64,000 nucleotides of DNA from an uncultured cyanobacterium (lineage in GTDB: Bacteria; Cyanobacteriota; Cyanobacteriia; Cyanobacteriales; Nostocaceae), in NCBI GenBank assembly GCA_963706595.1, contig OY970166.1:2720001-2784000 (forward strand), read 5' to 3'. Under the pieces are notes generated by a model. The model was not told where the DNA came from and ran no database searches. It saw only the letters and a program-made list of their open reading frames with translations. Position numbers and translations under genes: made by a program. Positions 44,306-54,330 of this stretch are shown here, piece by piece (the first letter of the stretch is position 1; each line of letters opens with the position of its first letter).

Positions 44306-44418
44306 CACTCTCACACATCAAAGAGTGAAAACACAGATTAATCACCATTAAAGGCTACAAAGGCGTAATTACAGCACTTTGTAATAGTAACTGCGATAAC
44401 AATAGGGAGAAATTAATT

Positions 44419-44799
44419 GTGGCACGTATTTCCGGAGTAGACCTTCCACGCGATAAGCGCGTTGAAATTGGTCTGACTTATATCTACGGAATTGGGTTAA
44501 CAAGGTCTCTGGAAATTTTAGCCGCTACAGGTGTAAACCCAGATACCCGCGTTAAAGACCTAAGTGATGCTGACGTAGCAGCCCTGCGCGGCGAAATCGA
44601 AAGCAACTATCAAGTTGAAGGTGACTTACGGCGTTTAGAAGCCATGAGCATCAAGCGCTTGGTTGATATTGGTTGCTACCGTGGTCGTCGTCACCGCATG
44701 GGCTTACCAGTCAGAGGTCAAAGAACTCGCACTAATGCTAGAACCCGTCGCGGCAGAAGGCAGACAGTGGCTGGTAAGAAGAAGGCTCCAGGCAAATAA
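44419..44799 (+). CDS. rpsM: 30S ribosomal protein S13
   Basis: [23 protein letters not shown]. Confidence 0.99.
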   Translation: MARISGVDLPRDKRVEIGLTYIYGIGLTRSLEILAATGVNPDTRVKDLSDADVAALRGEIESNYQVEGDLRRLEAMSIKRLVDIGCYRGRRHRMGLPVRGQRTRTNARTRRGRRQTVAGKKKAPGK

Positions 44800-44853
44800 A
44801 CTTTCAACACTTGCTCGTCCAGGCAAGTTTTACCTTAGATTAACTAAACAAAT

Positions 44854-45249
44854 ATGGCAAGACAACCAACTAAAAAAGGCGGGAGCAAAAAGCAGAAGCG
44901 CAACGTACCCAACGGGATGGCCTACATCCAGTCTACTTTCAACAATAGCATTGTCACCATTACCGACCAAAATGGCGACGTTATTTCTTGGGCCAGTGCT
45001 GGTTCAAGCGGTTTTAAGGGAGCAAAAAAGGGAACTCCTTTTGCAGCACAAACCGCAGCTGAAAGTGCAGCCCGTCGGGCTATGGATCAAGGGATGCGCC
45101 AAATTGAAGTCATGGTAAGTGGCCCCGGAGCAGGTAGAGAAACCGCGATTCGGGCAATCCAAGGTGCAGGACTGGAAATTACCTTGATTCGGGACATTAC
45201 CCCGATTCCTCACAATGGTTGCCGTCCACCCAAACGCCGCCGAGTTTAA
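44854..45249 (+). CDS. rpsK: 30S ribosomal protein S11
   Basis: [20 protein letters not shown]. Confidence 0.99.
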   Translation: MARQPTKKGGSKKQKRNVPNGMAYIQSTFNNSIVTITDQNGDVISWASAGSSGFKGAKKGTPFAAQTAAESAARRAMDQGMRQIEVMVSGPGAGRETAIRAIQGAGLEITLIRDITPIPHNGCRPPKRRRV

Positions 45250-45515
45250 ATGCAACCTGTTTGTTAGCCATTGGGTCTACAAACTGTTTCTAATAGCTTG
45301 AGCAACGAGAAGCAAGTCAGCTCTTCCTGCCGGGAGGGCTGCTAAACTTCAGAAAAACCAAAATAAATAATGATCTCCCCTAAATAGGGTGATCAAACTA
45401 GACTGCCATTAAAAACTGGCAGTTGAATCTACCTAGCGAAAGCTAGGGAAAAAAAAGTAAATTCGGGGCAATTGATTTGCCTGCTAGCAGCACCTTAAAG
45501 AAGGGAGGCTAATCC

Positions 45516-46463
45516 GTGGCGCAGTTTCAAATTGAATGTGTAGAGTCTAATACTGAGGAAAGTCGGAGCCATTACAGTAAATTTGTGCTGGAACCTCTAG
45601 AGCGTGGTCAAGGAACAACAGTTGGCAACGCGCTGCGGCGGGTTTTACTGTCGAATCTAGAGGGGACAGCAGTTACAGCAGTGAGAATTGCCGGTGTCAG
45701 CCACGAGTTTGCTACAGTTCCGGGTGTGCGGGAAGACGTGCTGGAAATCCTCATGAAAATGAAGGAAGTAATCCTCAGAAGCTATTCTTCTCAACCCCAG
45801 ATTGGCAGATTACTCGTTAACGGACCAGCAACAGTCACCGTGGCTCATTTTGATTTGCCCAGTGAAGTAGAAGTCATCGACCAAACCCAGTATGTCGCTA
45901 CCTTAGCTGAGGGCGGCAAACTGGAAATGGAATTTCGGATTGAGAAAGGCAAAGGATATCGCACAGTAGAGCGAGGACGCGAAGAAGCCACTTCCTTGGA
46001 TTTTCTGCAAATTGACTCGGTATTTATGCCAGTCCGGAAAGTTAACTACAGTGTCGAAGAAGCCCGTGGTGAAAGCTCAATTACCAAAGACAGACTGCTG
46101 TTAGAAGTTTGGACAAATGGCAGTATTTCGCCCCAAGAAGCACTATCATCAGCAGCTGGTATTCTGGTAGAGCTATTCAATCCATTGAAAGATATTTCAC
46201 TGGAACCAACAGAAACAGGCGCTGAAGTCCCAGACGACCCCACTGCCCAAATTCCTATTGAAGAGTTGCAACTTTCTGTGCGGGCTTATAACTGCCTCAA
46301 ACGCGCACAAGTTAACTCTGTGGCTGATTTATTGGATTTCACTCAAGAAGACTTGTTAGAAATTAAAAACTTTGGTCAGAAGTCAGCAGAAGAGGTGGTT
46401 GAAGCCTTACAGCGCCGTTTAGGTATTACTCTGCCCCAAGAAAGAGGCACTAAACACACATAA
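45516..46463 (+). CDS. rpoA: RNA polymerase alpha subunit
   Basis: EPLERGQGTTVGNALRR, LSVRAYNCLKRA. Confidence 0.99.
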   Translation: MAQFQIECVESNTEESRSHYSKFVLEPLERGQGTTVGNALRRVLLSNLEGTAVTAVRIAGVSHEFATVPGVREDVLEILMKMKEVILRSYSSQPQIGRLLVNGPATVTVAHFDLPSEVEVIDQTQYVATLAEGGKLEMEFRIEKGKGYRTVERGREEATSLDFLQIDSVFMPVRKVNYSVEEARGESSITKDRLLLEVWTNGSISPQEALSSAAGILVELFNPLKDISLEPTETGAEVPDDPTAQIPIEELQLSVRAYNCLKRAQVNSVADLLDFTQEDLLEIKNFGQKSAEEVVEALQRRLGITLPQERGTKHT

Positions 46464-46496
46464 GTCCAAATTTTTACTCATTCATAGTGCATTATT

Positions 46497-46847
46497 ATGC
46501 GTCACCGTTGTCGAGTCAAAAAACTCAGTAAACCAGCTGACCAACGTCGCGCCCTCTTGCGAGCGTTGACCACAGAGATCATCCGTCATGGTCGAATTAC
46601 CACAACTTTAATCCGAGCTAAAGTTGTGCGTAGTGAAGTTGAGAAAATGATTACCCTAGCTAAAAACGGCTCCTTATCAGCACGTCGGGAAGCTCTGGGT
46701 TATATCTACGACAAGCAACTAGTTCATGCTTTGTTTGAGCAAGCTCCGACTCGTTACGGCGAACGCCAAGGCGGTTATACCCGCATCATGCGTACCGTTC
46801 CGCGTCGGGGAGATCAGGCAAAAATGGCAATCATCGAGCTAGTTTAG
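46497..46847 (+). CDS. rplQ: 50S ribosomal protein L17
   Basis: MRHR, GGYTRI, RRGD. Confidence 0.98.
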   Translation: MRHRCRVKKLSKPADQRRALLRALTTEIIRHGRITTTLIRAKVVRSEVEKMITLAKNGSLSARREALGYIYDKQLVHALFEQAPTRYGERQGGYTRIMRTVPRRGDQAKMAIIELV

Positions 46848-46913
46848 TTAATTGGTGATCGGTCATTGGTCATTAGTTAATGACCAGGACAGATACCAAC
46901 AGACAAAATCAGT

Positions 46914-47804
46914 ATGTTAGAAAGCCAACCGGTTCCTACCGAAACCCATAGAGTCGCCCTCGTAATTCAATACGTCGGCACTCATTTTCACGGCTGGCAA
47001 AGACAAAAGCAGCATCGTTCAGTTCAAGAAGAAATTGAAACAGCGATCGCGACGGTTCTTGGTTATCATGTGACTCTACATGGTGCTGGGCGAACCGATT
47101 CTGGAGTTCATGCAGCTGCTCAAGTAGCCCACTTTGAAGCCACGGGATTAATCCCACCTCACAGGTGGGCATCAATTCTGAATAGCTATCTGCCTCAAGA
47201 TATACTGATAAAGGCTTCAGCTGCTGTAGATAATCGTTGGCACGCGCGTTTCAGTGCTGCCTATCGCCGATATCGCTACACGATATACACTGAAGATCGG
47301 CCGAACTTGTTCGTCAGACCCTTCAGTTGGCATTATTATTATGCACCCCTGGATGAATGCTTAATCCAAGCTGCCCTCCAACCCTTGATGGGGAAGCATC
47401 ATTTGGCCGCATTTCACCGTGCAGGTTCCAAGCGATCGCATTCTTGGGTAGAGGTGCAAGCAGCAGAATGTCATCGTAGTGGGCCATTTCTTCATATTGA
47501 AATTCAGGCAAATGGATTTTTGTATGGCATGGTACGGCTGTTAGTAGGGATGCTGGCACAGGTAGGCACAGGTAAGCTGACACTTGCTGGCTTTACCGAA
47601 CTCTGGCAAGAAGAACGCCGCGAAGAAGTCAAATACGCTGCCCCTCCCCAGGGTTTGTGTTTGTTAAGAGTAGGCTATCCAGATTTTCCGTTTTCCCCAG
47701 AGATTTGGTACGAAACCCTGCCTAAATTGGTCTTTCCTACAGATATTCCTCTGGAATATGCCCAAACAGAACCCGTTTACCTCAATTCCACACCACTTTT
47801 GTAA
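46914..47804 (+). CDS. truA: tRNA pseudouridine(38-40) synthase
   Basis: FHGWQRQ, GAGRTDSGVHA, FLYGMVR. Confidence 0.97.
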   Translation: MLESQPVPTETHRVALVIQYVGTHFHGWQRQKQHRSVQEEIETAIATVLGYHVTLHGAGRTDSGVHAAAQVAHFEATGLIPPHRWASILNSYLPQDILIKASAAVDNRWHARFSAAYRRYRYTIYTEDRPNLFVRPFSWHYYYAPLDECLIQAALQPLMGKHHLAAFHRAGSKRSHSWVEVQAAECHRSGPFLHIEIQANGFLYGMVRLLVGMLAQVGTGKLTLAGFTELWQEERREEVKYAAPPQGLCLLRVGYPDFPFSPEIWYETLPKLVFPTDIPLEYAQTEPVYLNSTPLL

Positions 47805-47816
47805 ACCGAAACTCTA

Positions 47817-48275
47817 ATGACAACAAAAACCTACCTTCCTCCTCAAGCAACCCTTGAGCGTGAGTGGTACGTAGTAGATGCCACTGATAAACGCCTCGGC
47901 CGCCTCGCCACCGAAATCGCCATGATTTTGAGAGGCAAAAAGAAAGCCGAATTTACGCCCCACATGGACACCGGTGACTTTGTAATTGTGATCAATGCCG
48001 AAAAAATCGCAGTTACAGGCAAAAAGCGCACCCAAAAACTTTACCGTCGCCATTCAGGCCGTCCCGGCGGAATGAAAACAGAAACCTTTGCTAAACTGCA
48101 ACAGCGCCTACCAGAACGGATATTAGAACACGCCGTCAAAGGTATGCTCCCTAAAAATAGTTTGGGTAAGCAGTTGTTCACTAAACTCAAAGTCTACGCT
48201 GGGCCGACTCATCCCCACGAAGCGCAAAAACCCAAAGAACTAAAAATTAATACAATTCCTGGAGAAGAAAATTAA
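47817..48275 (+). CDS. rplM: 50S ribosomal protein L13
   Basis: [18 protein letters not shown]. Confidence 0.99.
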   Translation: MTTKTYLPPQATLEREWYVVDATDKRLGRLATEIAMILRGKKKAEFTPHMDTGDFVIVINAEKIAVTGKKRTQKLYRRHSGRPGGMKTETFAKLQQRLPERILEHAVKGMLPKNSLGKQLFTKLKVYAGPTHPHEAQKPKELKINTIPGEEN

Positions 48276-48691
48276 TGGTAGTAGCAGATAGCAATAGCGG
48301 TCGCGCCGTATATTGGGGTACTGGTCGTCGCAAGTCCGCAGTCGCACGCGTCAGATTGGTTCCAGGTGAAGGTAAGTTGACTGTCAATGGTAAGGATGGA
48401 GAATTGTATTTTCAATTCAACGCCAACTACCTGGGAGTTATTAAAAACCCTCTAGAAACTCTGGGACTAGAAAACGAATACGACATTTTGGTGAAAGCTG
48501 AAGGCGGCGGCTTGACAGGACAAGCTGATTCTATTCGTTTAGGTGTAGCTCGCGCCCTGTGTCAACTAGACCCAGATAACCGTCCACCTTTGAAAACTGA
48601 GGGCTACCTAACTCGTGACCCCCGTGCCAAAGAACGGAAAAAATATGGTTTGCACAAAGCCCGGAAAGCTCCTCAGTACTCCAAACGTTAA
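48275..48691 (+). CDS. rpsI: 30S ribosomal protein S9
   Basis: [22 protein letters not shown]. Confidence 0.99.
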   Translation: MVVADSNSGRAVYWGTGRRKSAVARVRLVPGEGKLTVNGKDGELYFQFNANYLGVIKNPLETLGLENEYDILVKAEGGGLTGQADSIRLGVARALCQLDPDNRPPLKTEGYLTRDPRAKERKKYGLHKARKAPQYSKR

Positions 48692-48808
48692 GTCAATTTT
48701 GGATTTTGGATTTTGGATTTTAGATTGTAGTCTGATCCAAAATCTAAAATTCCCTAGTCCCCATTCCCATCTAAAAGTTATAATTGACATAGGTTAACGA
48801 CAAAAAAC

Positions 48809-49048
48809 ATGGCTAAATCTGATATTCATCCCAAGTGGTATCCAGACGCTAAAGTTTACTGTAACGGTCAAGTTGTCATGACCATTGGCTCTACCAAGCC
48901 AGAATTACACGTAGACGTTTGGTCTGGAAACCACCCCTTTTATACTGGTACTCAGAAGCTGATCGATACTGAAGGTCGAGTTGAACGCTTCTTACGTAAA
49001 TACGGTATGAGCAGCACTCAAGCCACAGAAGAAACTCAAGAGAAGTAG
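48809..49048 (+). CDS. rpmE: 50S ribosomal protein L31
   Basis: IHPKW, HPFYTG, GRVERF. Confidence 0.98.
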   Translation: MAKSDIHPKWYPDAKVYCNGQVVMTIGSTKPELHVDVWSGNHPFYTGTQKLIDTEGRVERFLRKYGMSSTQATEETQEK

Positions 49049-49144
49049 CGGTTTGGCTCTGCTGTTAACGACGACCCTGCAACTGCTGGGTCGATTGTCA
49101 TTTTTGGGCGAGCCAAGTTGTTATTTTTAAGGAGCGCATTCGTC

Positions 49145-50242
49145 ATGGCTGAATCATACTTACTAGATAAACTTAAATCTGTTGAACAAACCTTTCATGA
49201 ATTAACCCGTCGTCTGGCTGATCCGGATACTGCTAGCAATCCTGATGAGTATCAAAAAATCGCCAAGTCTCGGTCATCTTTGGAAGAGGTAGTAAATACC
49301 TACGAAACCTGGAAGATTGCAACTGAAGAATTAGCAGGGGCGCGTCAGGTATACAAAGAGGCCAACAGTGACCCAGAGTTGCATGAAATGGCTGCTTTGG
49401 AAGTTAATGAATTAGAAGAAAAACTAGAACATTTAGAAGCTCGCTTGAAGGTGTTGCTGTTACCTCGTGACCCCAATGATGATAAAAACATCATGTTGGA
49501 AATTCGCGCTGGTACGGGTGGCGATGAAGCGAGTATTTGGGCTGGAGATTTACTGCGGATGTACTCCCGCTATGCTGAACTCCAGCATTGGAAAGTCAAA
49601 CTGGTGAGCGAGTCACTGGGTGAAATGGGCGGCTTTAAAGAAGTAATCCTGGAAATTCAGGGTGATAGCGTTTACAGTCAGCTAAAGTTTGAAGCGGGTG
49701 TGCATCGTGTACAGCGTGTACCAGCAACCGAAGCCGGGGGAAGAGTTCATACTTCTACTGCCACAATAGCGATTATGCCAGAAGTGGACGATGTGGAAAT
49801 TCACATTGATCCAAAGGATATTGAAATGAGTACAGCTCGTTCTGGTGGTGCTGGTGGACAAAACGTCAACAAAGTAGAAACGGCGGCTGACTTGTTCCAC
49901 AAACCCACAGGTATCCGCATTTTCTGTACAGAAGAACGTAGCCAGTTGCAAAACAAAGAACGGGCGATGCAAATCCTGCGGGCGAAACTGTACGAAATGA
50001 AGTTAGCCGAACAACAAGATGCTGTAACTTCCATGAGGCGATCGCAAGTTGGGACAGGATCACGATCAGAAAAAATTCGTACCTACAATTATAAAGATAA
50101 CCGCGTTACCGACCACCGTCTAGGACAGAATTATTCTCTTAATCCTGTCTTAGAAGGCGAGTTAGAAACGGTGATTCAATCTTGTATCTCTCAAGACCAG
50201 CAAGAACGCCTAGCAGAGTTAGCAACTTCTAGTTCTAACTAA
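49145..50242 (+). CDS. prfA: peptide chain release factor 1
   Basis: PAT motif (RVPATE), GGQ; start ATG 49145. Confidence 0.98.
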   Translation: MAESYLLDKLKSVEQTFHELTRRLADPDTASNPDEYQKIAKSRSSLEEVVNTYETWKIATEELAGARQVYKEANSDPELHEMAALEVNELEEKLEHLEARLKVLLLPRDPNDDKNIMLEIRAGTGGDEASIWAGDLLRMYSRYAELQHWKVKLVSESLGEMGGFKEVILEIQGDSVYSQLKFEAGVHRVQRVPATEAGGRVHTSTATIAIMPEVDDVEIHIDPKDIEMSTARSGGAGGQNVNKVETAADLFHKPTGIRIFCTEERSQLQNKERAMQILRAKLYEMKLAEQQDAVTSMRRSQVGTGSRSEKIRTYNYKDNRVTDHRLGQNYSLNPVLEGELETVIQSCISQDQQERLAELATSSSN

Positions 50243-50261
50243 TTTGTGCCTGTTAAACTTC

Positions 50262-50699
50262 CTAGAAAACCGCTACTTGTTCTGTAGCTTGCAATACATA
50301 CAGGCGGTTTTCTAATGCGTTGCTGATTGCGTCCGATATTTCACTGAGATAATGGTAATATGCAAACTCGTACTGGATGATGTGATTTAACTTCTTCCAT
50401 TCTGGCAGGGTTGGGCAGGAGTCAATTAATTTTTCCACATCTGTTTGCCAACGGGCAAAAATCCGATAACTGAAAAAGCTACAGCAGACGTTATCATTTG
50501 CATCCCAGTAGGAAATACACACCTGATGCTTGAGACAACGGATTTTTTTGACTTGCTTAACGTCGTAGCCTTTAACTTTCAGGGCTTCTTTAACTTCTGC
50601 GTCTGAAATGTTCCATTGATCTGGTTTAATCTTATTAGAGGCGATGAGATTTCGACCTGAACAGCGATATTTTTTAACCTTGCGTGGACTGCGGAACAT
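50262..50699 (-). CDS. hypothetical protein
   Basis: 145 aa with upstream TTGACA-17-TATCTT promoter. Confidence 0.78.
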   Translation of the reverse strand: MFRSPRKVKKYRCSGRNLIASNKIKPDQWNISDAEVKEALKVKGYDVKQVKKIRCLKHQVCISYWDANDNVCCSFFSYRIFARWQTDVEKLIDSCPTLPEWKKLNHIIQYEFAYYHYLSEISDAISNALENRLYVLQATEQVAVF

Positions 50700-50793
50700 G
50701 ATGCACCCTTGATTTGATTGGCAGCAAAGCCGAAAAGTCTAGTTATGTATTTATTTCTAGGTTAAAATAAGAATTGCTACCTGTAATTATTTT

Positions 50794-50822
50794 AAGATAC
50801 CAGCAACAATAAACCTTGTCAA
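50794..50822 (-). promoter_or_regulatory. putative promoter of the 145-aa gene
   Basis: Minus strand TTGACA-17 nt-TATCTT. Confidence 0.5.
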
Positions 50823-50888
50823 GATAAAAGTAAAATTTAAATAATTGTTCACTAAACTTGTAAATAAAGTTGGCTAGCTATATAAGCA

Positions 50889-51251
50889 GTGAAAATTGAA
50901 AGCAGAGAAAAACTGGTAGAAATCATCAAATTAGCTCGTGGTTCCATGAGTCAACGAGCCTTTGGCAAACTGTTGGGAGTTTCTGCTACTGCTGTTCAGT
51001 TGTGGGAAAAAGGTGTGAATGTGCCAGATACCGACTATTTGGCGAAGATAGCAGCCAGAGCTGGTTATACGTTACAAGAGTTAATCACCTGCTTAAATGG
51101 CGAGCCAATCCAAGAAATTTCCGATATAAATTTGATTTTGAGACAAATCAAGTATATGCCTTTGAGTCAAGTGGCTGAGATTGTGCGCGCTGCGGCGGAT
51201 AGATTAGCAACTGTGGCTGAAACATCTGAGGATGAGGCTAAGGCTAGTTAA
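50889..51251 (+). CDS. XRE/Cro-CI family HTH regulator
   Basis: MSQRAFGKLLGVSATAVQLWEKG..P. Confidence 0.9.
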   Translation: MKIESREKLVEIIKLARGSMSQRAFGKLLGVSATAVQLWEKGVNVPDTDYLAKIAARAGYTLQELITCLNGEPIQEISDINLILRQIKYMPLSQVAEIVRAAADRLATVAETSEDEAKAS

Positions 51252-51431
51252 TTTGCAGCCGGGTAGCCAGAAGAAAATATGAGCAATTGTGATAGCGATT
51301 ATCAGTTAAGTGAGATACAAGAACCCCACCTCCAACCCCCTCCCCGCAAGCGAGGAGGGGGCTATTATGTACTTTATTCAAGTCCATACTGCTATAGTAT
51401 TTTTGAATTGGTAAGATTCAACTGATTAAAT

Positions 51432-51545
51432 ATGGACGAACCTTGTTTGTATGACCAAGACTTCTACGGATGGACATGGGAATTATTAAAACTACTTAGG
51501 GCAATTCCCAATTCAACATGGCAGCAGCGACACCTGAAAGTCTGA
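51432..51545 (+). pseudogene. truncated DUF29-family remnant
   Basis: Manual translation MDEPCLYDQDFYGWTWELLKLLR.. matches the DUF29 N-terminal LYxxDFxxW..LLR pattern, then ends. Confidence 0.6.
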
Positions 51546-54202
51546 ATAAGTTTGTGAGTTTTTGTCAGCAGCACATCAAGGGACAGGAAAGGAAGGAAGC
51601 GCAAACGTTTTTAGACCGCTTTTTTCGGGCTTTTGGGCATGAAGGAGCGCTGGAAGCTGGGGCGAGTTATGAGGAAGCGATAAAAAAGAGCAGCAAGACG
51701 GGTAAAACGGGTTTTGCTGATTTGGTTTGGAAACCCCGCGTGTTAATTGAGATGAAGAAGCGGGGGGAGGATTTGAGTAAGCATTATTCCCAGGCTTTTG
51801 ACTATTGGACGCGCCTAGTACCAGACCGTCCGCGTTATGTTTTGCTGTGCAATTTTGATGAGTTTTGGATTTTTGACTTTGATATTCAGCTAGATACACC
51901 TGTAGATAAAATATCCCTGGAGCAACTGCCAGAAAGGGCGGGAGCTTTTGCATTTATGGAGTTTGGTAATAAAACTCCTATTTTCAATAATAACCAGGTG
52001 GAGGTGACAGTAAGGGCGGCGCGTCGCATGGGTGAGTTGCTGTTGGTACTGGAAAAGCGGGGAATTGAGAAGTTGACAGCGCAGCGCTTTATTTTGCAAT
52101 GCGTGCTGGCGATGTTTGCTGAAGATAGGCAACTTTTACCCCGTGATATGTTTATTTCCTGTGTTCAGGATTGCATGGCTGGAGCGAGTTCTTATGATAT
52201 TTTGGGTGGTTTATTTCGGGAAATGAATCTGCAAGGAAAAACGCCAGCCGGACGTTATCAAGGTGTAGATTATTTCAATGGTGGGTTATTTTCTCAGATT
52301 CAAGCGATTGAGTTGACAAGGGAAGAATTAAATTTTTTGGATGTCTCAGCTAAGGAGAATTGGAGTAAGGTACGTCCGGCTATTTTTGGGAATCTATTTG
52401 AAGGAACGGTAGATAAAAAAGAGCGTCACGCCAAGGGTATTCATTACACTTCGGAAGCGGACATTATGAAAATTGTTCGTCCCACAATTAGCCGTTATTG
52501 GGAAGATAGAATTGATGCGGCTGGCTCAATTAAGGAACTCTCTCAACTACAATTAGAATTACAAAGTTATCGCGTACTTGACCCTGCTTGTGGTTCTGGT
52601 AATTTTCTCTATATAGCGTATCAGGAACTTAAAAGAATTGAAAGTTTGCTATTAGAGAAGTTACAACAGCGTCGGAAATCGGAAGATAAGCAAATGCTGA
52701 TGGGTTTGGTGACTCCTCTGCAATTTTATGGAATGGATACGAATCCCTTTGCGGTGGAATTGGCGCGGGTGACATTAATGATTGCGCGGAAGATTGCAAT
52801 TGATAATTTACAATTAACTGAGCCTCCCTTACCTTTGGATTCTTTGGATAATAATATCGTTTGTCAGGATGCTTTATTTAGTGAATGGCCAAAAGCTAAT
52901 GCAATTATTGGTAATCCGCCATTTTTAGGTGGTAAACATATTAGAATCGCTTTAGGTGACGAATATATAGATAAAGTTTTTCAACGCTTTCCTCGTGTTA
53001 AAGATTCTATAGATTTTTGTGCTTATTGGTTTCGGTTAGCTCATGAACATATTGATGGAAAAGGTAGGGTAGGTTTAGTTGCTACTAACTCTATTAGTCA
53101 AGGTAAAAGCAGAATTGCAACTTTAGATTATATTACTCAAAATAATGGTTATATTCATGAGGCTGTTTCTACACAACCTTGGTCGGGTGAAGCTAAGGTT
53201 CATGTAAGTATTGTTAATTGGTGTAAGGATAAGCCGGAAAAATATTATTTAGATAATCAGATAGTTTCACAAATCAATTCTGCACTGAAATCTAGTATTG
53301 ATGTTTCTCAGGTCGTAAGACTAAAAGCTAATCTTAATAAATGCTTTCAAGGTGTAATTCCTGTAGGGGAAGGTTTTATAGTTACGGAACAGCAGGTAAG
53401 CGATTGGATAAAAGCTGATATAAAAAATAAAGAAGTCCTAAAGTTGTTTTCAATGGGTGCGAATTTAGCTAAAAATCCTCATGGAAAGCCTGAAAGATGG
53501 ATTATTGATTTTAATGATATGAGTATTGAGGATGCTAGTGATTATAAATTACCATTTGAATATATTAAAAAAACTGTTAAGCCACAAAGAGAGAATAACC
53601 GTAGAAATATTACCAAAATGAATTGGTGGAAATATGGCGAAAAAAGACCAGCTATGAGAACAGCAATTTCATCTCTGTCATTTTATTTCGCTGTTCCAGA
53701 AGTAAGTAAATGGGCTATATTTAGCCTTTGTCCTTCTGAATGGCTATCAGGTAATAAAACTAAAGCTGTTGCTTCCGATGATTTCTATATTCTTGGCATT
53801 CTTTCATCTAACATCCATCGTACTTGGATGCACGCGCAAAAATCAACTTTAAAAGCAGATATCGCCTATACTCACAATACTTGCTTTGAAACCTTTCCCT
53901 TTCCCCAAAACCCCGACGCTAAATTAGTCCAACAAATTCGCGCCAAAGCCGAAGAACTCCACCAATATCGCACTGAACAAATGGAGTCGAAACAGTGGGG
54001 AATAACCACAATATATAATAAATTCTTTAACGAACCCAGCAGCCAACTTTATAAACTGCATGAACAGTTAGATAAATTAGTAATGCAAGCCTATAAATTT
54101 AAAACTAAAGATGATATTTTAGAAAAATTGCTGACGTTGAATAAAGAGTTAGCCGAGAAAGAAAAACAAGGTGAAACCGTCATTGGTCCTTGGACACCTT
54201 AA
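51518..54202 (+). CDS. MmeI-like single-chain type IIL/IIG restriction-modification enzyme (N6-adenine MTase)
   Basis: FADL..LIEMK nuclease, YFNGGLF, GIHYT, DPACGSGNF, GNPPF, C-terminal TRD, FETFPFP. Confidence 0.9.
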   Translation: MAAATPESLNKFVSFCQQHIKGQERKEAQTFLDRFFRAFGHEGALEAGASYEEAIKKSSKTGKTGFADLVWKPRVLIEMKKRGEDLSKHYSQAFDYWTRLVPDRPRYVLLCNFDEFWIFDFDIQLDTPVDKISLEQLPERAGAFAFMEFGNKTPIFNNNQVEVTVRAARRMGELLLVLEKRGIEKLTAQRFILQCVLAMFAEDRQLLPRDMFISCVQDCMAGASSYDILGGLFREMNLQGKTPAGRYQGVDYFNGGLFSQIQAIELTREELNFLDVSAKENWSKVRPAIFGNLFEGTVDKKERHAKGIHYTSEADIMKIVRPTISRYWEDRIDAAGSIKELSQLQLELQSYRVLDPACGSGNFLYIAYQELKRIESLLLEKLQQRRKSEDKQMLMGLVTPLQFYGMDTNPFAVELARVTLMIARKIAIDNLQLTEPPLPLDSLDNNIVCQDALFSEWPKANAIIGNPPFLGGKHIRIALGDEYIDKVFQRFPRVKDSIDFCAYWFRLAHEHIDGKGRVGLVATNSISQGKSRIATLDYITQNNGYIHEAVSTQPWSGEAKVHVSIVNWCKDKPEKYYLDNQIVSQINSALKSSIDVSQVVRLKANLNKCFQGVIPVGEGFIVTEQQVSDWIKADIKNKEVLKLFSMGANLAKNPHGKPERWIIDFNDMSIEDASDYKLPFEYIKKTVKPQRENNRRNITKMNWWKYGEKRPAMRTAISSLSFYFAVPEVSKWAIFSLCPSEWLSGNKTKAVASDDFYILGILSSNIHRTWMHAQKSTLKADIAYTHNTCFETFPFPQNPDAKLVQQIRAKAEELHQYRTEQMESKQWGITTIYNKFFNEPSSQLYKLHEQLDKLVMQAYKFKTKDDILEKLLTLNKELAEKEKQGETVIGPWTP

Positions 54203-54271
54203 AATATAAGAAAGTGTCACGCAGAGGCGCAGAGGCGCAAAGGCGCAAAGGTAAGGATTTAAGCTTTCCCT

Positions 54272-54320
54272 AACCTCAGCGTACCTTTGCGTTAACCTTA
54301 GCGCCCCTCTGCGTTAAAAA
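54272..54320 (+). repeat. 49-bp direct repeat, copy 1
   Basis: AACCTCAGCGTACCTTTGCGTTAACCTTAGCGCCCCTCTGCGTTAAAAA. Confidence 0.95.
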
Positions 54321-54330
54321 TTCCATATTT

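Noticed and set aside
32610..46463. Absence of rpsJ, rpsN, rpmD and rpsD from the cluster
   Set aside because: Normal cyanobacterial arrangement
51518..54202. No HIP1 seen in the R-M gene, as evidence of foreign origin
   Set aside because: Only about 2 copies expected at the window's density, so absence is not significant
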